DNA of 64,000 nucleotides, from positions 1,021,097-1,085,096 of the forward strand of contig NMRA01000074.1 in the NCBI GenBank assembly GCA_002633005.1, read 5' to 3'. This DNA is from Phoronis australis. Taxonomy: Eukaryota; Animalia; Phoronida. Shown here one piece after another: positions 55,901 to 64,000 of the stretch (position 1 is the stretch's first letter; every line of letters begins with the position of its first letter). The position numbers and the translations under genes are program-made. Under the pieces are notes generated by a model. It did not search any database, was not told the DNA's origin, and saw only the letters and a program-made list of their open reading frames with translations.

Positions 55901-58900
55901 GTGAATGCTTTTGTTTTATTTGTTCTGTACCTTTACTCATCAGCCTAAAATCAGAAAAACGCTTGAATTACCCATGCATTTTTAGTTAAGCACACTCATT
56001 GGTTAAAATTCAGCTCACGACAGAAAAGTGGTGTATGTGGGAAATACATGGACATGCAGCGTACGTATTTTATACTATCTAAAAAAACAGCAAAAAAAAA
56101 ACGAAAAGCGCTCAGCACGGAGCTTGTAAATTAGTCCATTAGGTTGTACCTATTCATATTCGGCGGCAATGCAACACAACATTCTTTGCCATCGTGGAAC
56201 GACACTGTGGCCTTTGGTGGAGGGGCTTGTGGAGACTTTGGTAGTGCGGTCATTTTTTCTGAAAGTCGTCTTCAATTTCTTGAAAAAACCCTGTTGAACA
56301 TGTTTTGCATCATTAACTGGAGCGGAGATACTGGTGTTTTCCGAAACGTCAAGGCTGACTGCATCAGAAGATGTCGCATTGTTGGGCAATTCTGCAACAC
56401 CATACGGGTTGCCGTCATCCTCACGAATGTGTACAACGTCACCTTATTTGTCGATGCGAGATTTCGTAATCATGTCGTCCTCAGCATCGCGTTGAGGGCT
56501 ACAGAAGCTTCTTGTGACATGGTTGGCAGAACAAATTGCGGGACCAGTGGGGTTGACGTTTATTAGAAGCCGACCGCGAACGCTGTCTGGTTTGTAAGGA
56601 ATTGGAGATCTAACGATGGTCTCTTCGATATCAGTATTGGTTTTCTCTACCTGAGTTTTCTCTGGCTTGTTAGCACTGCATGTAGACGACATTGGATCTT
56701 TTCTCTCCAGGATCTGGGGCTCTGCGGTTTCACATGCGTTGTTCTGCTCGATTTTTGTCGCCTTTTTCGTCTCGTATTCTATGAAATACTCGATGAGGGC
56801 TGCTTCAGTGCTTGTGGGTTATGCGGTTTGCCTCAGATTTTCGGCATAACAACTCACTCTGATAGAAGCTCAAGTCATTTATGTATCCCTCGTATATTTC
56901 TTTTACTCCAAGATCAGTCTCTGCTTCATTGAGTTCAATGGCAGCGTCCAATACTTCGGCCAACCATTTTTCATCGTCGATGTTTTTGCAATGGTCTGCG
57001 TTACCGAGCATGAAGCCCCACACAAAAGATACTACTTTATCAGTCATTCTCAATACAGATTGAGAAATACAGCTAACACACCGCACTAAATATAATGTCA
57101 TTCTTTCGAGCAAATTTTCTAATTTCCATCCGGTAGCCATTTGTAGGTCCATTATATAAATGATTAACGATTACGTATAATGTACGTCAACAATAGCACG
57201 ACGTCACAAATCAAAGACGTCATTGGGCAATTTTTAATAACAATTTTCAACCAACTTTAAACAACCTTTAAACATGCATAATCTCATTAAATTGCAAATG
57301 AAGGACTAAATTTAGACACGTCAACTACATCGGGGACGGAACCTACGAATTGGAGATGAAAAAGAAGACCGTCCGCCTGAACCTGCCGCTTCAAATAGGC
57401 TTCCTTGTTTATCTGTACGCAAAGTTGCGCGTGTTGGAGTTTTACTATGACTTCATGTTGAGAGTCGTCGACTGATCTGATTTCGAACATTGCGAGACGG
57501 ACACACACTCGGCGTACGTGGCTATATCCGGTAACTGTCTAGAGGGCGTGATTAAACCAGACATGCGAGCAGCTTTAGAGAGGGAAAAACATCTTTGGTT
57601 TCCGCGAACGGACACGGAAGAAAACGAAGCCTAAGACACGCGCACGCCCGACTTATTGAAACTGGAATTTGAAGGGGACTACTGCATCGCACTTTGCTCT
57701 ATAACGTATTACGAAGAGGCGGACGACGTTAAATCTCATTTTAGCTGTAAAGGAGTGCAACGACAGAGAAATGTAATCGACAAGGCGAGGTATCTCAAAG
57801 TGTTACAGACCACGAAGAGTAGCTCGGCCCTCAACGAAGGGTTTCGGTTAGGCGGTGATAACACTATGTATACCTACCTGCAAGAGAGGTGCGCGTTCAC
57901 CTACTTTTATCCCAAAAGACAAGTGTTCGACGACGGCGTCACCACTGGACTTTGAACATTTAATTCGGGACATTTAATAATTTGCTACTAATAATTTACT
58001 ACTTTTACGGATAATGGTGTCTGAACGTCTTGATGATTTTTGTAGTGTATTCGATTTTACTTGTCATTAATACACGTTTAAACAATATCAGGTTTATGTT
58101 CTATTTTTGGTGACCACATCTTATTATTAATACTATTCGTTTAGTACCGTCGGTACCTGAGTTAGACTTTACGCGACATCTGTTGTTGAGTCGGATGGTT
58201 ATCCCTTTTTGTAGCGGAATATACACAACATTTGTTTTCGATCAATGAGAACAATATACAACAACGACAATTGGCGCACACGAAATAAGGTACCTTTTGT
58301 TCTTATTCAGAAGCCTGATCCCTCTTTTGTTTCGGCTCTCAATCCGTTGCGAGAAGCCGCAAAAACGTGCCATGAAAGCATCGAGGTGCCTCTCTAACGG
58401 GTCTAATTAAACATATTACGTCATGAAGTGTGACGTCATTGACACATCCGTCCGGTAGGTGAATAATTTCCCTTCCGATTGCAGTTATCACACGTGACCT
58501 TTGACCTTTTCCTTTCGCATTGATGACCTTTGACCGAGGAGCCGCAAAAACAGGCGTGCTAAACCTCTTACTATATTACTCAGTTACTTAGTGGAGAAAA
58601 CTGGTTCTCAAAATTTGGGCACGCTACATCAGACCATCACCACAAGGTCTGCAAAAGCTATTCTCATGGCATTTCATTCCAATGTCATGATTGTGACGAG
58701 ACTCTGCTGGCGATTGTAAATTGTTGGCCTGAATATTATCACTTTGCTCATTAATGTCATGAAATGCCGCAAGACAGTTGGACCTTCTGATCGTGAAAGG
58801 TCTTTTTAACGGCTGACTTGCTTTTCGACAGTGACCATCTACTGAGCAAGCTAGAGAAGGTGGTCACTGTCTAACTTGCATGTTGGTGAAAGTCCTATCA

Positions 58901-60508
58901 GCCCTCTTGCGACTTTCACGAGAACGAGGTACAAATTTGTTTTAGCCACTTACTTCTATATCAAACACAGGACCCCATTTGTTGAAGTTAGCTGTGTTGT
59001 TACCAATTCGAATGTCTACGATGTCGCTTATGGCTACACCTGGAACAAGAGATCAATTTTTTTTTGTGCACTCACTCGGCAACCAGTAAAGCTGAGACCT
59101 ACGCTAGGACCTCGCTTAAATCTATCCAAAATCATGTGTTCTCATTTACAATGCATGTCAATATGTCATGTAATCTCGCGAAGTCTTGCTTTTTAGCAAG
59201 GTCCTGGCGTTTGAGAACTACATGTATGCCCAGATGATTGACATCATGTAGCGCATACCACGTGACGATTATTGTATTGTTCATGCGACTTCAGTAGACT
59301 AAGCAGTGCATTAATGAATACCTACTGGACTTATTACAACTGAATTTTGACGTGATAAGTTGGATAAAAAACAAAAATCCAATTAGGAATTTCACACTCG
59401 TCATATTCCTTTCTGCGATATGGTTTCATATCCGTCACCAACTCAACTCACAGGTAAAGCGTACATGCGCCATTTTCGAATTTGCTATTTTAGGGTTGGT
59501 CAGTCTCAATAAAGTGTGAAACGTTTTCTCCAGTTATCGTATTGAAAGTTTCGATGTTCTTGGTAACTGAAATGGTACCCTGTCGCTGTAAAGAGTGCTA
59601 TGATTCGATTTTTGTTTTTTTAGTGAACAAAGTACTGCTAATTGTGGCTTTAGGTGAAAATTATTGATTATTAGAATCACTGAAACACCATTTGTTCAAT
59701 TTATTCAAATGGTCATGAGAGAGTGCATGTTTTTATGTCGTTGCGGCAATAGTTGTTCACTTTGAGATCCGATTAATGCGTGACCTCTGGCGCCACGAAG
59801 CGGTTGCACGGTCTACAAGGACTCCAGCTGTATTGTAAATGTAAGTCAAAGTGGTCCTTGCACAAAGTCGGTGCTGCAACCGTGCGACATGAGTCTAAAC
59901 TCTCTTAACTATGGAAGCTAAAACATGAACAGTTCCTTCATTGGACGATTGTTTAGGGAACTTGCAAATATTTTTCGCCGCAAGTGCGTGGCTAATGACT
60001 CGCGTCTACGGAACGCAACCCTGGGACCTGTTTCACTACGAAAAGTGATTTAAAATAAAATCGGTCTTACTCTCCCACTTCACATTTTCTGAATAAAACT
60101 TCAACCAAGTAATTGTGAGAAAAGAACAGTCTAGAAAAAACCTACAAAACCATTTTACTATTTACGGCACTTAATTGTATATTGTCAGACTTTGCATTTT
60201 TCCTTAGGTCAGATTTGGTTATTTTTCATAAAATAAATTTGTGGACCGCATGATTGACCAAATTTTTTACTTCAGTCAATTTTCATGAAAAAGTACTCAG
60301 GATTCACTTTGAGAAAGTGCCCGGATTATACTTATATCTTATGGCGGACTAGTACCTATCACATCGTCTTCGCCTTTCTTCTTCTCCGAACCCCGGTACC
60401 TGAGCTGCGACAGGTCCTCGGTCACGTAAAACCAGCGAGGATACATTCCCATCACCGTCACTTTCTTCAGCTCCGTGCCTTTCGTCAAGAACTTGTGTAT
60501 GTCAGGTT
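31912..60508 (-). CDS. PLCD: Phosphoinositide phospholipase C, delta-type (PH-EF-X-Y-C2), 17 exons, ~768 codons; first exon not located
   Basis: Exons high to low: 60508-60356, 59039-58954, 50632-50442, 48481-48352, 47686-47565, 47057-46894, 46059-45939, 45218-45133, 44082-43962, 41758-41590, 41237-40991, 40679-40500, 40066-39962, 36282-36218, 35398-35266, 33743-33594, 31994-31912. All GT-AG with consistent phases. Motifs [64 protein letters not shown] intact. Confidence 0.96.
32493..32836. mobile_element. TTAA-type MITE family B in the last PLC intron
   Basis: ttaa|atctgcatttcgccctattt ... aaacagggcttaatgcagct|ttat. Confidence 0.7.
33594..33743 (-). CDS. PLCD: PLC exon, C2
   Basis: [50 protein letters not shown]. 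Confidence 0.95.
34165..34940. mobile_element. Internally deleted Kolobok relic: terminus, KolX N-terminus, transposase fragment
   Basis: Terminus aggtgaatgcaacc...gttcgttgattatcccagaca resembles 51468; ORF at 34484 has the GYVFEP motif typical of KolX starts; 34715-34930 is homologous to 51850-52060. Confidence 0.7.
35266..35398 (-). CDS. PLCD: PLC exon, C2
   Basis: [44 protein letters not shown]. Confidence 0.95.
35540..36110. mobile_element. TTAA-TSD MITE family A
   Basis: ttaa|agtggcttagaacgc ... gcgttccatgcctct|ctaa; internally homologous (inverted) to 7845-8336. Confidence 0.8.
36218..36282 (-). CDS. PLCD: PLC exon, Y-C2 linker
   Basis: [22 protein letters not shown], phase 1 in and phase 0 out as required. 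Confidence 0.9.
36390..36625 (+). mobile_element. hAT transposon 3' remnant
   Basis: 36390-36449 encodes [19 protein letters not shown], the hAT dimerisation-domain tail, followed by ccgaa subterminal motifs and a ...cacctcta end. Confidence 0.7.
39962..40066 (-). CDS. PLCD: PLC exon, end of Y domain
   Basis: [35 protein letters not shown]. Confidence 0.96.
40500..40679 (-). CDS. PLCD: PLC exon, Y domain
   Basis: [14 protein letters not shown]...[30 protein letters not shown]. Confidence 0.97.
40991..41237 (-). CDS. PLCD: PLC exon, acidic X-Y linker and start of Y
   Basis: AKKSHIP...[16 protein letters not shown]...[19 protein letters not shown]. Confidence 0.95.
41590..41758 (-). CDS. PLCD: PLC exon, end of X domain
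   Basis: [10 protein letters not shown]...[14 protein letters not shown]. Confidence 0.97.
42707..43571 (+). mobile_element. Non-autonomous IS3EU-type DNA transposon with subterminal 21-bp palindromic arrays
   Basis: TIR tacggtggctgtaaaagga / tcctttcacagccacagta (TAC..GTA), 6-bp TSD GTTCTA; internal [23 protein letters not shown]...EEELEGS resembles the N-terminal HTH of these transposases. Confidence 0.8.
42757..43030. repeat. 21-bp tandem array, about 13 units, palindromic core TCTATCGATAGA
   Basis: Unit actatctctatcgatagactt; a shorter inverted array lies at ~43430-43525. Confidence 0.95.
43962..44082 (-). CDS. PLCD: PLC exon, X domain with second catalytic His
   Basis: [40 protein letters not shown]. 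Confidence 0.97.
45133..45218 (-). CDS. PLCD: PLC exon, X domain
   Basis: [28 protein letters not shown]. Confidence 0.97.
45939..46059 (-). CDS. PLCD: PLC exon, start of X domain with first catalytic His
   Basis: FRLFLTS...[20 protein letters not shown]. Confidence 0.97.
46894..47057 (-). CDS. PLCD: PLC exon, EF-hand region
   Basis: [23 protein letters not shown]...AREVIKDFE. Confidence 0.93.
47565..47686 (-). CDS. PLCD: PLC exon, EF-hand region
   Basis: KANVLD...[24 protein letters not shown]. Confidence 0.93.
48352..48481 (-). CDS. PLCD: PLC exon, EF-hand 1
   Basis: [31 protein letters not shown]...AKKLFD. Confidence 0.94.
50442..50632 (-). CDS. PLCD: PLC exon, end of PH domain
   Basis: EDHCFSVM...[22 protein letters not shown]. 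Confidence 0.93.
50662..51110. mobile_element. MITE with CAG..CTG termini and 6-bp TSD (hAT6-like)
   Basis: aattcg|cagacgtgccaag ... cttggcaggtctg|aattcg; subterminal ctcacgca/ctcaagca repeats. Confidence 0.85.
51468..52768 (-). mobile_element. Non-autonomous Kolobok element with ~320-bp inverted ends and a THAP transposase N-terminal fragment
   Basis: ttaa|aggcaaaggcaacc ... ggttgccttcgcc|ttaa; 51468-51787 is an inverted match to ~52456-52768. Confidence 0.9.
51867..52504 (-). pseudogene. THAP-domain transposase fragment, frameshifted near 52210
   Basis: [10 protein letters not shown]...[14 protein letters not shown]...CSGKHF..SDY...LKKGSIPSL matches the THAP signature (CxVxxC, FP, W, CSxHF, AVP-box equivalent); continues in another frame LKREASRAV...EPKFDKFLV. 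Confidence 0.9.
56150..57152 (-). pseudogene. Polinton cargo gene of unknown function, ~330 codons, one frameshift and two stops
   Basis: ORFs 56805-57152, 56444-56692 and 56150-56389 join by a frameshift near 56850 and read-through of two TAA codons. Confidence 0.65.
57302..57955 (+). pseudogene. Protein-primed family B DNA polymerase (pPolB) C-terminal fragment
   Basis: One frame with two stops (57473, 57632): [26 protein letters not shown]...[10 protein letters not shown] (DTDS motif)...RTPDLLKLE...SCKGV...[16 protein letters not shown]. Confidence 0.92.
58954..59039 (-). CDS. PLCD: PLC exon, PH domain
   Basis: [29 protein letters not shown]. Confidence 0.92.
60356..60508 (-). CDS. PLCD: PLC exon, start of PH domain
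   Basis: [50 protein letters not shown]. Confidence 0.9.
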
Positions 60509-60627
60509 CTGCAATGATTTAGTTGATTTACACCTGGCGTCTGTTTGATGACACGTGACTGAAAACTCAAGTCAGAAATTTGGCCTAACACTCCCATTAT
60601 TACTTCAGAAATGGGGGATAGATCGAG

Positions 60628-60848
60628 TAGTTACCTGTCGGCTACCTGCTTGTGTTTGCGGACCTAGCTTTTGAGCCCGTCCTGTGCCCTTCGTCGCAAC
60701 CAACAGCCACTAGGTGGTGTTGGACATCCACCAAGGACCGCGTATTGGTAACAAAGAGACGCGAAGATTTCCGCCAGTACCTCAACGAAGGGCCAGGACG
60801 GCCAGGTAGGTCCACAAACACAAACAGGTCGCCGATTATCGGTAACTA
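60628..60848. mobile_element. Palindromic MITE with TAG..CTA termini (Academ-like)
   Basis: tagttacc...cctgcttgtgtttgcggaccta...ccgtcctgtgcccttcgt / acgaagggccaggacgg...taggtccacaaacacaaacagg...ggtaacta. Confidence 0.7.
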
Positions 60849-61799
60849 ATCTTCTATCCGCTATACTGTTTAAAGGCGCAAGCTATGAACATTCATTCTG
60901 TTATTTCAGAAATATTTGTAACTACATCTGAAAACATGCAGATAACAGCTAGTTTGTGAGAAAATTTCGAAAATCGTTTCTGGAGTGTGGTGCGCGCTAG
61001 GCAATAACCATCGCCTTTGCTGATCAGACCATGGTCATTGCCTAGGTGCGCGCATAACTACTTGGCTAAGCATTTTTTTCAGCAGTTGTCAGTGGAAGCG
61101 CCAGACCGAATTTCTGTCTTAAGTCTTAAGTTACTTTCTAGCCTTGGTGACGCGTATGAAGTGAATTGACCTGAACAAGTCATGACTGAACGAAAAAGAT
61201 TGGTATTCCCGAAATTGGGCTTCGCATGTTAAACTTAGATTATCAGATTTCGGATTCTACAAGGTTTGATTGAATCAAGGTGTCGAATTTGCAAATTCAT
61301 TCCTGGAAAATTTCACACAACGAAAAAGGACTGTTATTTACAAGGGTGGCTACAAAGTATGTGTTTTAACTCTAAATTGTATTTTGATAACAATTTAAGA
61401 CAGAATTTAATTTGAAATTAGTCTAACTATACTTATAGAGATTATGACCACGGTACGTTTTTATTCCGGCTCTGAATCACCAACCGAAGCAGGCAGGTAC
61501 TTAATTATTGTTCGGGCATTAAGTGTGCCTCTTCTGGCTCACTATTACGAGGACGAATTTCTTTTTCTTTTTAATTTTGATAAGTATATTGACGTGTACG
61601 TGTATTTCTTTAACCACCGTTCGATGTTTAAATTCACTAAGCTGACATCAACGTGTGATAAGGAACACCTTTTTAACCTCAGCAAATTTGTATCCTCAGT
61701 CTTTTAACTTCGTGAGAACTTACTGCGGGGTTAAATATTGAACATGTACTATGGACCTTCATTAGCGAAATGATATCATCTCAGCCATGGCGTAATGCA

Positions 61800-62255
61800 T
61801 TTCAAGCAACTGGTGTCTCTAACGCATAGTTGCTTTGCAGCTACTTTCCTTCGACCAACACGTCAATGCGTACCCTTTCAGGTTTACGGCTGTAAATTCG
61901 TCACTGACGTTACTCGCGAAACTTTCCTTTGCAGCTAGCGCCCTCATGTGACCGGAGAGGCGCTGCAAATGGGAACTCCTGGACGCCACCGCGCATGTCT
62001 GAGGTAATCGCCCGTAATGAAAACAACAATCATGCGGTCTTGAACTTTTACACAGGACAGATGAATGACACTACTTTGTTAAACACCATCTTGTGCTACT
62101 CCGGAATAACGTTAAGTGGACTGGTGACATCGACATAATGGGTTCCAGTATTTCTTGGACTTCAGCAGGCCTGCAGACATTGGCATCAATCGCCGAAAGC
62201 AGTCGCTAAAGGTCGTTCCACAACTTCATCAGCAGAATAAGGGTAGAACGCCATT
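61800..62255 (-). pseudogene. Possible heavily decayed transposase N-terminus (HTH)
   Basis: Fragments MAFYPYSADEVVE, NDL*RLLSAIDAN, FPFAAPL, KVAAKQLCVRDT scattered over several frames; weak pattern only. Confidence 0.25.
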
Positions 62256-64000
62256 TTTCCAACACCGTTAAATAATTTAGTTTACTCAAGGAAGACTGTA
62301 GTTTTAATGACACTAATTTTGTGTCAGATTTTATCTTACCACTTTTTTACCACATCGGTGCAAAGCTGTATATTTAGTATACAGCTTTGTACCAAGGCTA
62401 CCCAGGTCCCAGTTGCGTAAGGTTTACCGCTCAAGAGCAACAATAACGTCGCATTATCACGCGTCACGTTGATATTGTTGAACAATGTAACTGACGTCAT
62501 GCAACAATCAAACTTATCCAGCGTTTAAGTCTAGAGGTTGTATGCAACCCAGCCCTGGAAAGTTGCAAAAAACATATGAAATTCAAAGTACTACTAATAA
62601 AACTTGCCTAAAAAGTCATCCATTGTTATGAATTCCACTGACGCCACGCAAATCTCTATAAAGTCTGATACGTTGACACGGGGGAACTCCTTATTCCAGA
62701 AGTTACATCATGGCTTGTCAACATGCTAAAAATCTTTTTAAAAATCATTGGTATACACCACGCGACTTCAACTTGAGCATGCACTACATGCACGCAAGCG
62801 CTTGTAGACACGTGACTAGACTGCGGATCTTTTGCAACACCTTGATAACAACAGGCTTGATGACGCACTTAACATTTGAACCTTGCTACAAGCTGTATAA
62901 ACACTTTGGTGAATCGGGCGTTTGATAAGGAATTCCGTATTAAATGCGCATTTTACGGAAAATTATCGAGAACGTATCATCACGCATTTATGTAGGCTAA
63001 ATTTGTCGGTCAAACCCACCAACTTAAGTCCAAACAGGTTTAGAAGTCTCAAGGCCTTACGTAAAGAGTGTAGGCCGTTCTCAATCAATGCACCCGCACT
63101 GCACATCAAATTTTGAGTAGGACAAGCTCAAATCACATCTGCATGCAGAAATTATTCTGCAGAAATAGTACGGCGAATATAACTGTACGGATATAAAATC
63201 CTTCAAAAGTACGGATTGACATTCGACATTTTACTGTTCGTTTGTCACTCCGCCATTTTTTACTTAACGATGAATTATATACATTGGCTTGACTCATTGG
63301 CTGGTATTCGGGTCGCGCATCAAACGCCAATGCCACGTGACCTATAAATTACGATTTTGAAAACAGTGCTAAAATCAGCTATTTCCCTTACTTGTAAATA
63401 TTTAGAACGGTTCTTTGTCGAATAATTATTGAGCAGACACATATTGTCGACCCCCACCAAACAAGATATGAATAGAATAGATGCTCTCATTGATGAAAGC
63501 AATTGAGATTTTTCAAATAACATATTTAATTTGTGTAGTTTTCGTGGTTTTAAAACAGTTATTTATTTGTCAATTATCACATTTTTGTTTCACTTCAAAA
63601 TACACGGATACTGACTAATTCTCTGTATAAGGACCCAGACTGAGGAATTCTCAGTAGGCCGGTACCTGATTGGGGAATTCTTAGTACATGGGCTCTGATT
63701 GCATGGGGAGGTGTAAAAGTAAACGAAGCTAGACGCTATGATTAATTTTCCAGTTAATTCGAAGCAAACAATAAAATATGTTTAGGACTGCAGCCCTACC
63801 TTAATTCGAAGATGTCCGACCGGACCTGCAAACTGAAAGATTTCATATCAAAAGAAACCATTAATGCCACGTACAAGCGCCACTTGCGTCATTTCAACTG
63901 AAATCTGCAGTTTATTGCCCAGCAAGGAGCGCAGTGTAAAAGTTCGTTGCTTAAAGAGTTGTAACGACACAGCTGTTTGGTCGACGAATCTGCAGCGATT

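Larger units (their letters stand above)
54845..58580. mobile_element. Polinton/Maverick deletion derivative (3.7 kb) in a PLC intron
   Basis: Termini AGTAGT.../...ATTACT, TIRs 54845-~55392 and ~58030-58580, 6-bp TSD CAGTTA (54839-54844, 58581-58586), internal pPolB fragment. Confidence 0.93.

Noticed and set aside
60646-60710. PLC upstream exon WLLVATKG...QTQA
   Set aside because: Lies in one arm of a palindromic MITE, has no ATG and weak splice sites.

Overview
Eukaryotic (metazoan) draft-assembly window with GT-AG introns, N gaps and dense DNA-transposon debris; the repeat complement resembles cnidarian genomes (inference). Host genes: (1) two 3' exons of a GLOD5-like glyoxalase (+, 7568-8557); (2) a 333-aa Ser/Arg-rich orphan ORF (-, 17498-18499); (3) a 3-exon ~482-aa uncharacterised protein (+, 27030-31382); (4) a phospholipase C delta-type gene on the minus strand, 17 phase-consistent exons from 60508 to 31912 (PH, EF-hand, X, Y, C2; start exon not found). 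Mobile DNA: a 3.7-kb Polinton/Maverick relic (about 550-bp TIRs, CAGTTA TSD, pPolB pseudogene, unknown cargo ORF) inserted in the loop of a short palindromic repeat whose empty copy is also in this window, several Kolobok relics (THAP transposase and KolX/P2X7-like pieces, TTAA TSDs), an IS3EU-type element with palindromic 21-bp arrays, and MITEs with 5- or 6-bp TSDs. No CRISPR, rRNA or intact tRNA seen. I cannot establish a new biological system from sequence alone; the best leads are the Polinton target site and cargo ORF and the Kolobok element with two THAP ends.
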